Source: Macrostomum hystrix
Taxonomy: Eukaryota > Animalia > Platyhelminthes
DNA: 64,000 bases
Assembly: GCA_950097015.1 (NCBI GenBank)
Contig: CATNEN010000029.1
Span: 372,001 to 436,000 of the forward strand
Direction of reading: 5' to 3'
Shown here: positions 25,301 through 37,243 of the stretch, piece by piece
Layout of the letters: each line of letters starts with the position of its first letter
Position numbering within the stretch: position 1 is the first letter of the stretch
Notes under the pieces: model-generated
What the model saw: the letters and a program-made list of their open reading frames with translations, nothing else
The model's database searches: none
Told to the model about the DNA's origin: nothing
Translations under genes and position numbers: made by a program

Positions 25301-25593
25301 AAAGTCAAAAGTTTAAGCACAAGATGGGCTGAAGCAGAGCATTTCATAGATTTTTGTCCAGTTTCAACACCTGAATTACATCCCTGCCAAGCTAAAATTG
25401 ACATAGTAAAGTGTAGACCTAACAAATACTCACTTTGATCACTCTGACAGCACTGGTTGCGGAAGCAAAGACAAGTAGTGCATTAAATGATTAAACAACG
25501 CTTACCAAGAATTATCAATTCAGACAAGGGTCCAATATCATCGTCCGTGAGGCATTCACCAGTAATTAAAAACAGACATGATGTAGCTGCCAT
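13334..25593 (-). CDS. MAP1 family microtubule-associated protein (MAP1S/MAP1B/Futsch-like), 849 aa, 6 coding exons
   Basis: complement(join(25506..25593,23948..24055,17691..17940,17104..17467,14671..15822,13334..13921)) = 2550 nt, with all phases matching. Motifs: LFLITGECL, NSWDT...INEELKTFVS, VAAVINP, YVFPAGLGDS...FWPFLAHLDR|LDGLLLSHWDHDNLPGL, QPVTLYSKLGNGALDLYPLQP, LLVWRP...VIEGLEKVRGLDCLK. A light-chain-type C-terminus follows: FDLAYVPGH...EYFKRVRARYYVLS...ILDALLEGKSAW...VTLIPTH. Confidence 0.93.
13948..14645. repeat. About 32-bp intronic minisatellite
   Basis: Tandem GTGGTGTACAACCCTAACCAGGTTGCTGGAAT variants in MAP1 intron 13922-14670. Confidence 0.93.
15915..17045. repeat. 21-bp intronic minisatellite
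   Basis: Tandem GGGACTTCAGGACACTGCGAT variants in MAP1 intron 15823-17103. Confidence 0.95.
17502..17655. repeat. 21-bp intronic minisatellite
   Basis: About 7 copies of GACTGTCAGCCTACTGCAACA in MAP1 intron 17468-17690. Confidence 0.9.
18020..18340. repeat. Degenerate 21-22-bp tandem repeat
   Basis: Decayed copies of GATTCCAACTAAGATTTCGGAC. Confidence 0.7.
20078..23117. repeat. Large compound minisatellite (23-bp unit grading into a related 21-bp unit)
   Basis: More than 100 copies of GGGATGATTCTTACTGGAGTCAC (20078-22450 and 22620-22740), then GGGACGATTCTTTCTG(G/C)TATT (22490-22600 and 22780-23090), all within MAP1 intron 17941-23947. Confidence 0.96.
24690..24990 (+). repeat. Dispersed repeat, copy A (family shared with 58400-58715)
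   Basis: GCCAGCAAGGAGGC..TCTGCCCATTCCACTGACT.CTGAGCACAC...GCCTTGACTTT...CAGGCAGT.TACACTTT...TGCCTTGGA.GTTGGCC is aligned by eye between the two loci. Confidence 0.8.
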
Positions 25594-26339
25594 TATTTTA
25601 GATGCACAAAGACTGCAGTTAACTCTTCCTTCTGCTGTTGCTGAGCTGACACTGACTACAGTTTAAAGAAGACTAAAGTGCTTACAAACCGGCAAGTAAA
25701 TTAAGTTTTTACATAGTGAAAAACCCACCTCATTCAAAATAGCCACTCAAAAAAATAATCATTTAAACAAGCGTGAGATACTTTACTACATAAAATAACC
25801 TATCTTTTGTCAATTATGAAAAGAGTGCTTAATTAAATTCGTAAAGAACTCTCGCTTACATTCAGAGATCTTCAAGCAAATATGTAATCACTACTTTTGG
25901 CGTAACCAGGATCAACATTACTATTTTTCTCTGCGCTTTCGGATCATCCATCCGAAGATGTAAACGATATAATTTAGTAGCCCGTGAGTACATTGACTTG
26001 TTGGGGATATTCATACATTTTGATTACAAGAATGCTGCAAATTCTCGCAATGAGATCACAGCTCATTTCGATGTACTATATAATTTCGCTAAAACCTTTA
26101 AATTTCATGTTTATCTGCATCTCATCTGCCTTTCAGCTGCACTCAAGGACTACAAAAATACAAGAGCTTTCCCATATGTAAATTGTCTTGATCGCTGCGA
26201 AACTCGGCAAACCTCGTAGGGCCTATCGTTTTCTGGAATTTGATCGATTTATTGTGCACATTTTTTTCATTCAAACTTTTTCAAGCTACACAAGCTTAGT
26301 AAAAATTAAAGCTCAAGCTGCTTAATTAATATTTTAATT

Positions 26340-26545
26340 AATATTATTTATGATTGTTATTGCACTTGCCCAACTGGGCCAGATGTGCAGCCGACAGAAC
26401 AGCGGCAGCTATTGCGCGGCGCATCTGAAGGTCACGCATGGCAGTTCAGTCCATGGACTGGGGAGATGTACATCACACTCAGTGTCACCCATACCCCGTT
26501 CAACAGCTGGGTTCGACGCTCAAGCCACTAGGCTACAATCCCCCC
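26340..26545 (-). mobile_element. Internally deleted copy of the 511-858 SINE family
   Basis: Shares CAGATGTGCAGCCGACAG.ACAGC.GCAGCTA.TGCGCGGCGCATCTGAAGG...GTTCAGTCCATGGACTGGGG, AACAGCTGGGT and CCACTAGGCTACAA with the first copy. Most of the tRNA head and core between these blocks is missing. Confidence 0.78.
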
Positions 26546-28475
26546 TGCAACTTCTTAACGTCTATACTCTTATATTGTAGTAAGAGTTATGGGGTTAGTT
26601 GAGAAGTCTGTCAAACAAACATTCACATCTGTACATGTGATGTGTACACAGGGGATGATCATCAAGGCAAATTTATTTACAAATGATTTTTATCGAACTT
26701 ATGAACTTACTTATGTCTATATTTGTTGGATTATAAGGCATAAAGTGAAAGTAAACGAGCAGCGAATAGAATTCTTGCAGCAAATGTCAATAAACATGCA
26801 AATTAGTTTCTGCTACATGTGCTTTTTAGGCTTCGATAAAATTAAGTCTATATAAATATATTTGGACATCGATCTAATACACATGTACAACATGAGAACG
26901 TGAGGTCAATAATAGGTCAGAATATAGTGAGGCACAATAGTGAGGTACAATACATGTATTAATTGTTTCATCTATCGGTATTGCAAAAACTACTGCTTGT
27001 TCTCAAGCAACTATTTAATTGCTCAGAGTCTAAAAGTAGAATTTAAGAATAGTAATTAAAATAGGATCAGTTGTCAGTTGCTTCGAGACTATTTTTTGCC
27101 GAACAGAATCCATGGCCATTTTTATTGCAACCCATCGACTTCTAGATATTTTCTTCCTCAATCTGTTTTCCTCCACCTTGTTTTGCTTCTCTGCTGTTGT
27201 TAAGTACTTTACACGCAAATGCATTATTGCTCAGCCGTCCTGCATCGCAGTGCGTGTCAACGTAGCAGTTTATAGTCACGTGCTTTGAGCAGGTGATTTG
27301 AGCGAAGCGAGTGAGCCGTTAAAGTTAGATGGTGCAACAAATTAACGTATATTTGACACTGTGCTGCAGAAATTTCACAGAAAAAAACGAGCTGTGGTGT
27401 ATAGTATTTATAAAGCTTAACTTATTTGAGACAAAGTAGGATTAAAACAGCGCTTATAACGCGATGACAAAGATTAGCGCTCCATTAAGCATTTAATCGT
27501 TCGTTTTGTATAGCTAGACATAAAATTTAAGAAGAAGGCTGAGAGTTTCTTCAACACGAACTGAGGCAGAAATATTAGATAATATTCATTTGCTCGATTC
27601 TGATTGGCCAAAAGTTGGACTGCCAACCAATAAGAATGTAGTCCGGGTTAGAAAACAATACGCATACGCTTGTCTCTGATTGGCTGAGAGTAAAATTGCC
27701 AGCCAATAAGAACCGGGGCCGGGGGTAGAAAAAGAGCGTAATAGTTCAGAAAGTGCATATGAGCCGCGATTAGAAAATACATGCTTCTTCTAATTTCGAT
27801 TGCAGATTGGCATCAGCCATACTATTAGAATAATTTTATATTACTTTTTTTTCACCGCATCAACTTCAAGGAAAACAACTAGTACATCATTACGAGCCTT
27901 ATAAGCAATTCTTGAGTTACTTTGCTTGAGATAAGGAACGCTTTAATGCTATGCAGAAGTAATTTTTACACAACAGGTCTGACTACGAAGTGAAACGAAT
28001 AGTGACCAGAAAAATCAGAATCATAATATTAGATTATTATTGCGTCGTTAAAAATTTCACAGTAAATAAAAAAAGAAACAGGCCAGTTACAGACAGTTAC
28101 AGTTAAGTACAGTGGTTCTTGTTTGATAATTCACACGAGAAGTCTTACAGAAATTCGCTTAGAGAATATTTTTTTAATCCGGTTTAGAATGATTATTTTT
28201 AAAACACAGTCATATGGACAAATGTTTTGAATCGTGTATCGGTGGCCATCAGCCAATCAGATCTGATCCTGAATGCCCCAGCCAATCAGATCTGATCCTG
28301 AATATCCTCCTTGTATCGTCTGCCACTTTTCTGACCATCCTTGCCGCTGCGGTTGGACCTGAAAGTTCAGCGTTAGACTTGCAATTTCTTCAATACTTAG
28401 ACTCTACTTTGAGTCTACTGTATAAAGTATTGTGATAAGTTTTGAGAAATTTCAGCCGTTTCAATGACCCCCAAC

Positions 28476-31400
28476 TCACAGAAAGCAACAGTTGGAGCAG
28501 CAGTAGGTTTTGTCCTGCTCGTCAGACGAGCGAATCTCGGTCCCGCTATTGTTCCTGGCCCGGAAGCAGCACAGGTAGATAATGATTAGGCCGGCCATTG
28601 TGGCCAAGAGTAGGCCCCAGATAGTCAGCTGTTGCAGGCTGCGGGTTTGTCAAATTTTCTTTCAGTTATTTTTTTGCCGTCAATCAAAGAAGGAGGTTTA
28701 ACGTTGTCTACTAGGCAAAAAGCTTAACAGTCGTTTGTAATTTTCGTGCGAATCGTTATTTGATTTGACATTCTCTTTGACGTCTAAACTCGAGCTTTTG
28801 AGCTAGCTAGTATATAATCAGTTAATTCATTCACTGAGGCACAGACAGACAGTGGCAAATTCTGCTAAAATAACCCAACAATTCCATTTTGTGAATTATT
28901 TCTGTCCACGAATTGAAAAGTCGCTGTGAGAACAATAATTTCTAATCCCCAAGAGAAACAAATTTTGTTTAAATTTAATTGAGTCGCCACAATGCACGCA
29001 CACAAAAATGGCCGTTGAATCGTGCGTGCCGCTGTCACCGATCAATCCCCACTGAGATTAGGCTGGTGGGGATACAGAACCGACCCCACTGCCGTCACGG
29101 TCTGTTGGGATTGATTGGGCTTATGCCAACTCCTCGCCGAGACAGACACGGACATTGCTGCATTCAACTGCCAAGGCTAATAAAATTAAACTAAATCTCC
29201 CTGGCCCGTATGGAAGGAGGACTTAAAGAGTGATTTTGAGAGGCCGCGAGACGACACCGTCTTGACGGAACCGCCTGACAGCTGCTGCAGTAGCGAATAT
29301 CCCGGGATAAACGCTTCCTACTTATGGGTGGGGGAGATATCTTGCCTAGAGAGGAACACAGCTGTCAATTTCGTTTCAATTATTGAAATAGATTGCTCCG
29401 CTCACCCAGCTAGCGACTCGAGACGCACAGCTCAAATCTGTGAGTGCCCTGACCACCATACTCATGGCAGTCATTATTGTCCTGAATTTCTGCTATTTTC
29501 CACTTCTGTCTATTGTTTTTCTCGATTTTTTCAGTCTCCAACCGTCTCTTTGTGTTAAAAACAAATGCCATTTTTTAAACTGACGATGCGGGATAGGCAA
29601 ACTAGAAAAACAGGAATTATGGATTTTAGCTACTTTCTGACAGCTGAAAGCAGACAAAAGCAATATACCATTCATGAAAGACATGAAATATTTCTTTATA
29701 TTCCTTTTGTATTGCTAGAAAAATACGTGGCGCGGCTCTTAGTGTTGCTATGCCATTATTCATCTCGAATGACTGGGTTCAGTCCTGAACTAACATTTAA
29801 GTGCGTTTCTAACGCTATAGTGCGTCCATCACTACACACGCGCGCTGCTGTTGTGATGGCGGACGGTTTGTCAGACCTGTTCGACACCTCGTCAGGCGTG
29901 CTACAAGGCGACACGCTAGCGCCGTACCTGTTCTAGGTGCTCCTGGACTAGGTGCCCCCATCAGCAGACGAGGGCTTCCTGCTTTGCAGACGCATCGGCC
30001 GTCGCACACAATGAGTAGCGACTGAGCGTGCCTGGCTACGCCGACGACTTCGCCCTCCTGTCTTCGTCAGTCGAATTGGTCTGGCGTCAGCGCCAGACGG
30101 TCTGGTTCCCAACGTAGAGGAGGACCTTCGGCTGCGCAGAGGACTTGCCTGGGCGGCCTACCGGTCGGTTCAAGCCGTCCTCCAGTCCGAAGCGCTGCCA
30201 GACCGCCAGAGGGCTCGTCTGAGGCAGGCGGTGGTCGACACCGTCCTGCTGTACAAAGCTGAGACGTGGACGCTGACAGCCATGCTAGAGCGGCAGTTGG
30301 ACTCGGCGCACTCGGAGCCTTTCAACCTGACGAGAGCGTCGGGACCGAGGCCCTGTACGAGATGGCCCAGCTGCAACGCCCATCCAAAATCCTGCGCCGA
30401 CGGCGACTTCAACTGGTCCACGTGACTTGCACGTGATCCGGGCCGAGAGCTACTGCCCCCAACCTGTTCAGGCCGTCTTGCCGCTGACTCTGCAGGGACC
30501 GTTCAGGCGGGGCCAAGCGCGAACTCGGAGATCCGAGGACTGCATTTTCAGGCATGATGATTTTGTTTGGTCGCTGGCTCTGCGGCGCGCCATCTGACGC
30601 TGCCCCTGACTGTTCCGTTTGCGACTTTAACGTTTCGTGGCGTTGCTGTTGTTGCTAGTGCGTCCATCACTGCACACAATCATTCAGTGCGTCCATCACT
30701 GCACACAATCATTCAGTGCGTCCATCACTGCACACAATCATTCAGTGCGTCCATCACTGCACACAGTCATTCAGTGCGTCCATCACTGCACACAATCATT
30801 CAGTGCGTCCATCACTGCACACAGTCATTCAGTGCGTCCATCACTGCACACAGTCATTCAGTGCGTCCATCACTGCACACAGTCATTCAGTGCGTCCATC
30901 ACTGCACACAGTCATTCTGTGCGTCCATCACTGCACACAGTCATTCAGTGCGTCCATCACTGCACACAGTCATTCAGTGCGTCCATCACTGCACACAGTC
31001 ATTCAGTGCGTCCATCACTGCACACAGTCATTCAGTGCGTCCATCACTGCACACAATTTCATTTCTGGTTCAAAAAGTTGAGCTGTTTTCGTGAAATCTG
31101 GGTCGAGTCGCGATGTAATATACTAGTATGTACTTAAGGCTATACCGTACCACACTTATAGGCCAGCGACATGACTCCACTCAGATTTATCTGAGCTGAG
31201 CTGAAGGCCATGTTTAGCCGTTCCCGTAGAAGAGGCAGGGTTTAAGGTTTTCCAGACAGAAAGCAATGACTATCATCTTCTGGAGGCAAGAGATTTCCAA
31301 TACAGATGGAAAAACTCTTTGGCCGGATATAACTTTTGATTTGAGTGGCTCAAATCTGGAACGAAAGCGAGCGAGCACAGTTGGAGTACCGACGAACTGG

Positions 31401-33218
31401 ATCTCGATATTGAGTGTTAAGAGAGGCCGAGTCAAGGACAATCCTCTTTGAGCTGTTTCTCCGCTGACAAAGCACACATCACGTGACTTAATCTTTACTC
31501 CTCCAACTTCTCCAGCTTGTAGCACGTGATAATTTTGCAAGTGGTAGTCACGTGATCTCTCCCTATGGTCACGTGAAGCTGCAAACTATGAATACTTTAA
31601 TTACAGCAAGTAGTTGATAAGCCCAGCTTAAACCTTCAAAGCAATAGTTGTTTTCTCAACTCTGAAGCTCGCAAATCTCTTTAAATTAGCATTTGCGTGA
31701 CGCTCTGGGATATTTCCATATTTTAAGTTAATTGTGATTCTCACTCGATTTTGGACTGGGGGTGTGGCTGTGACAGCTTGAAGTGCGAGCATGAGATTCA
31801 GGTAAGAGATTCGGGTGTGAGATTCAGGCATGAGATTCAGGCATGCGATTCAGGCATGAGATTCAGGCATGAGATTCAGGCATGAGATTCAGGCATGAGA
31901 TTCAGGCATGAGATTCAAGCTTGATATTCAGGCATGAGATTCAGGTATGAGATTCAGGCATGAGATTCAGGCATGAGATTCAGGCATGAGATTCAGGCAT
32001 GAGATTCAGGCATGAGATTCAGGAATGAGATTCAGGCATGAGATTCAGGCATGAGATTCAGGCATGAGATTCAGGTATGAGATTCAGGCATGAGATTCAG
32101 GCATGAGATTCAGGTATGAGATTCAGGCATGAGATTCAGGCATGAGATTCAGGCATGAGATTCAGGCATGAGATTCAGGCATGAGATTCAGGCATGAGAT
32201 TCAGGCATGAGATTCAGGTATGAGATTCAAGCTTGATATTTAGGCATCAGATTCAGGCATGAGATTCAGGCATGAGATTCAGGCATGAGATTCAGGCATG
32301 AGATTCAGGCATGAGATTCAGGCATGAGATTCAGGTATGAGATTCAAGCTTGATATTTAGGCATCAGATTCAGGCATGAGATTCAGGCATGAGATTCAGG
32401 CATGAGATTCAGGTATGAGATTCAGGCATGAGATTCAGGCATGAGATTCAGGCATGAGATTCAGGCATGAGATTCAGGCATGAGATTCAAGCTTGATATT
32501 TAGGCATCAGATTCAGGCATGAGATTCAGGCATGAGATTCAGGCATGAGATTCAGGCATTAGATTCAGGCATGAGATTCAGGCATGAGATTCAGGTATGA
32601 GATTCAGGCATGAGATTCAGGCATGAGATTCAGGCATGAGATTCAGGCATGAGATTCAGGCATGAGATTCAGGCATGAGATTCAGGTATGAGATTCAGGC
32701 ATGAGATTCTGGTATGAGATTCAGGCATGAGATTCAGGCATGAGATTCAGGTATGAGATTCAAGCTTGATATTTAGGCATCAGATTCAGGCATGAGATTC
32801 AGGCATGAGATTCAGGCATGAGATTCCGGCATGAGATTCAGGCATGAGATTCAGGCATGAGATTCTGGTATGAGATTCAGGCATGAGATTCAGGCATGAG
32901 ATTCAGGCATGAGATTCTGGTATGAGATTCAGGCATGAAATTCAGGCATGAGATTCAGGCATGAGATTCAGGCATGAGATTCACTCACATGGTGCGCTGG
33001 GTTGGGTCGTAGTTGCAGCAGGTGCTGAGGTCGCCCTCTTGGCAACAGTTTGGCTTGTCGCTGTCATTGCACTGGTACATATTGTAGGGGTCCGGGTTGG
33101 ACGGGTTTTTGTCGCGGTAGCACAGAGTTCCGGTGGCAGAAGCTAAGCCTACAAGGCGAAGGCCTATCATAATCGTGACGGCCAACAGCCGATGTCCTGA
33201 GCACTGCTCCTGTAACAT
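28476..33218 (-). CDS. Small type-I membrane protein with Cys-rich ectodomain (WBP1/VOPP1/TMEM92/Shisa-like), about 130 aa
   Basis: complement(join(32989..33218,28476..28638)). The phase-2 AT|GTGAGT donor matches the AAACCCGCAG|C acceptor. Protein: signal-like RLLAVTIMIGLRLVGLASATG, then C-YRDKNPSNPDPYNMYQ-C-NDSDKPN-CC-QEGDLST-CC, then transmembrane TIWGLLLATMAGLIIIYL-CC-FRAR, then tail ...TYCCSNCCFL*. The family assignment rests on Cys spacing and topology only. Confidence 0.75.
29840..30655 (+). mobile_element. 5'-truncated, degenerate RTE-like non-LTR retrotransposon
   Basis: Reverse transcriptase motifs GVLQGDTLAPYLF (~29896) and YADDFAL (~30036), and the C-terminal block VVDTVLLYKAETWTLT, with stops and frameshifts. 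It ends in a (GTTGCT)-like tail and is flanked by a 22-bp near-perfect direct repeat. Confidence 0.85.
30656..31057. repeat. 29-bp minisatellite
   Basis: About 14 copies of TCAGTGCGTCCATCACTGCACACAGTCAT. Confidence 0.95.
31793..32982. repeat. 13-bp minisatellite abutting a splice donor
   Basis: About 90 copies of CATGAGATTCAGG with interspersed CAAGCTTGATATT variants. On the minus strand it starts immediately after GTGAGT (32983-32988). Confidence 0.95.
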
Positions 33219-33701
33219 TGCTGCTGCTGCTGCTGCTGTTGTTTATTTTGTTGCTGTTGCTGTTGCTGCTGCTGCGAGCATTTTCTCTAAAGAAGCATGC
33301 GAGATATGCTTCAGCACAGGGAAAGCCGTGGGGCGGTTGGGGAACGGAGCTGCAGCCAATCAGACAGAAGCAAATCTGGGCGCCAGCAACAAACAGAGCA
33401 TGAAAAAACGGGAAACAATAGAAGAAAACGCGATCTGTTCCGAGACAAGCGGCGTTTCGCGCTTCGTCCCTGAGATGCCATATCTTCCTCTTCCGGCTTG
33501 CCACCTATTCAGGCCGAGACAATGGCAACACGCGACCCACCGAACCGCTCTCTCGTTCGGCGACAGTCAGGCGACAACTGTTTGATGAGGGGGATTAAGT
33601 ATAGCTTAGCAGATATCCAGCACAATGGGCTGAATATTTTTTCGTAAATTGTCTCCCTTACTTTTACCCTTGGAGGCTAATTGAATGACAATTTTTTGCC
33701 T

Positions 33702-36383
33702 ATGCTGACACAGACAGACTTGACACCAGCCATGCTGACACAGACTGACTCTGACACCAGCCATGCTGACACAGACTGACTCTGACACCAGCCATGCTGA
33801 CACAGACTGACTCTGACACCAGCCATGCTGACACAGACTGACTCTGACACCAGCCATGCTGACACAGACTGACTCTGACACCAGCCATGCTGACACAGAC
33901 TGACTCTGACACCAGCCATGCTGACACAGACTGACTCTGACACCAGCCATGCTCACACAGACAGACTTGACACCAGCCATGCTGACACAGACAGACTTGA
34001 CACCAGCCATGCTGACACAGACTGACTTGACACCAGCCATGCTGACACAGACAGACTTGACACCAGCCATGCTGACACAGACAGACTCTGACACCAGCCA
34101 TGCTGACACAGACAGACTCTGACACCAGCCATGCTCACACAGACAGACTTGACACCAGCCATGCTGACACAGACAGACTTGACACCAGCCATGCTGACAC
34201 AGACTGACTCTGACACCAGCCATGCTCACACAGACAGACTTGACACCAGCCATGCTGACACAGACAGACTTGACACCAGCCATGCTGACACAGACTGACT
34301 CTGACACCAGCCATGCTGACACAGACTGACTCTGACACCAGCCATGCTGACACAGACTGACTCTGACACCAGCCATGCTGACACAGACTGACTCTGATTC
34401 CAGCCATGCTGACACAGACAGACTTGACACCAGCCATGCTGACACAGACAGACTCTGACACCAGCCATGCTGACACAGACTGACTCTGACACCAGCCATG
34501 CTCACACAGACAGACTTGACACCAGCCATGCTGACACAGACAGACTTGACACCAGCCATGCTGACACAGACTGACTCTGACACCAGCCATGCTGACACAG
34601 ACTGACTCTGACACCAGCCATGCTGACACAGACTGACTCTGACACCAGCCATGCTGACACAGACTGACTCTGACACCAGCCATGCTGACACAGACAGACT
34701 TGACACCAGCCATGCTGACACAGACAGACTCTGACACCAGCCATGCTGACACAGACTGACTCTGACACCAGCCATGCTGACACAGACTGACTCTGACACC
34801 AGCCATGCTGACACAGACTAACTCTGACACCAGCCATGCTGACACAGACAGACTCTGACACCAGCCATGCTGACACAGACAGACTCTGACACCAGCCATG
34901 CTGACACAGACTGACTCTGACACCAGCCATGCTGACACAGACAGACTCTGACACCAGCCATGCTGACACAGACAGACTTGACACCAGCCATGCTGACACA
35001 GACTGACTCTGACACCAGCCATGCTCACACAGACAGACTCTGACACCAGCCATGCTGACACAGACAGACTTGACACCAGCCATGCTGACACAGACAGACT
35101 TGACACCAGCCATGCTGACACAGACAGACTTGACACCAGCCATGCTGACACAGACAGACTCTGACACCAGCCATGCTGACACAGACAGACTCTGACACCA
35201 GCCATGCTGACACAGACTGACTCTGACACCAGCCATGCTCACACAGACAGACTTGACACCAGCCATGCTGACACAGACAGACTTGACACCAGCCATGCTG
35301 ACACAGACTGACTCTGACACCAGCCATGCTGACACAGACTGACTCTGACACCAGCCATGCTGACACAGACTGACTCTGACACCAGCCATGCTGACACAGA
35401 CAGACTCTGACACCAGCCATGCTGACACAGACTGACTCTGACACCAGCCATGCTCACACAGACAGACTTGACACCAGCCATGCTGACACAGACAGACTTG
35501 ACACCAGCCATGCTGACACAGACAGACTCTGACACCAGCCATGCTGACACAGACTGACTCTGACACCAGCCATGCTGACACAGACTAACTCTGACACCAG
35601 CCATGCTGACACAGACAGACTCTGACACCAGCCATGCTGACACAGACAGACTCTGACACCAGCCATGCTGACACAGACAGACTCTGACACCAGCCATGCT
35701 GACACAGACTGACTCTGACACCAGCCATGCTGACACAGACAGACTTGACACCAGCCATGCTGACACAGACTGACTCTGACACCAGCCATGCTGACACAGA
35801 CTGACTCTGACACCAGCCATGCTGACACAGACTGACTCTGACACCAGCCATGCTGACACAGACTGACTCTGATTCCAGCCATGCTGACACAGACTGACTC
35901 TGACACCAGCCATGCTGACACAGACAGACTCTGACACCAGCCATGCTGACACAGACAGACTTGACACCAGCCATGCTGACACAGACAGACTTGACACCAG
36001 CCATGCTGACACAGACAGACTCTGACACCAGCCATGCTGACACAGACAGACTTGACACCAGCCATGCTGACACAGACAGACTTGACACCAGCCATGCTGA
36101 CACAGACTGACTCTGACACCAGCCATGCTGACACAGGACTGACTCTGACACCAGCCATGCTGACACAGACAGACTTGACACCAGCCATGCTGACACAGAC
36201 AGACTTGACACCAGCCATGCTGACACAGACTGACTCTGACACCAGTCATGCTGACACAGACTGACTCTGACACCAGCCATGCTGACACAGACAGACTTGA
36301 CACCAGCCATGCTGACACAGACTGACTCTGAGACCAGCCATGCTGACACAGACTGACTCTGACACAAGCCATGCTGACACAGA
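33702..36383. repeat. 30/31-bp intergenic minisatellite
   Basis: About 88 copies alternating GCTGACACAGACTGACTCTGACACCAGCCAT and GCTGACACAGACAGACTTGACACCAGCCAT. Confidence 0.96.
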
Positions 36384-37243
36384 AATATTTTAGGCAATAT
36401 CTCTTGCAGTGTTTTCTTGAGTTCAAAATGGTCATTAAATGTTCAAGTTCTGCTCAGAGTCATGTGTGTAATTCGCAAATATAGTGGCAGTCCCAAATTT
36501 AAACAAAAAAGAAACGGACATTGATTAAACACAAAATGCCAAAACAATTGTTTGTGGTTCGATTCGCATAGCCAGTTGAAAATAAGCCAACAGCCACTAT
36601 TCCATGCCGGTTTTACAGTAGATAATTCTAGAATAAAACGCAATATTGAAATGAATCATGCCAGCAGGGATCCGTTTTCTGATTTAAAATTAATATTTTA
36701 AAAGCAGGGTTTTTTCTGATGGAGACGCAGAGACAAGGAGAGAGAGAAGCCAAGGCTATATGCTATCACGAAAAAAACTGATTTTAGTGAATAACTGTAC
36801 AGCAAGAATGGGCGCTTAAAACAGCCGCTTGCAACAACATCCGCTCAGCTGTTTGCTGTTATAGCACTTTGGAATAAATATAGCTGTGCAGGCATTTGCT
36901 CAGAGCAAATAAACAGCTGGGTAGTGGCCCGTTGTTGTATGGTAATAATCCGTTTTAAAATCACTAAAATTGAGCTTCAATGCTAACAGCTTTTAAGGCA
37001 AAATTTTCAGAATTTTTGCTTTTAGAGACGACGAAAACGTCAAGGTAGATGTGCACAGCTGTCTAATGCCTATCCGAGATATGCGTGCGTGTGTTCTCAG
37101 GATTTGAGACCAAATGAATCTCTCGTACCAAGGTTATCAAGGTTACACAGTTAGAGTGTACAGCATGACGATAGGAAAGCCAGCTAAGCCTTCACCATTC
37201 AATAAGATTCGTAGGAAAACAAGCGATCATGTTGACAGCTGGG

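Noticed and set aside
28990-29300. Possible retrotransposon 5' UTR or ribozyme (CCCCAC...GTGGGG hairpin; IAAFNCQG resembling an endonuclease start)
   Set aside because: I could not find a hammerhead core (CTGANGA/GAAA) or verify an HDV fold by eye, and it lies outside the TSD-bounded RTE copy. An Infernal/Rfam scan would decide.
33133-33585. 150-aa plus-strand ORF with hydrophobic Ala/Val stretch
   Set aside because: Antisense to the 5' leader and first exon of the small TM gene; the hydrophobic run comes from (GCT)n repeats.
33606-36435. Multiple 260-400 aa Cys/Trp-rich ORFs (CQHGWCQ, SVSAWLV)
   Set aside because: Frame-hopping translations of a 30/31-bp minisatellite.
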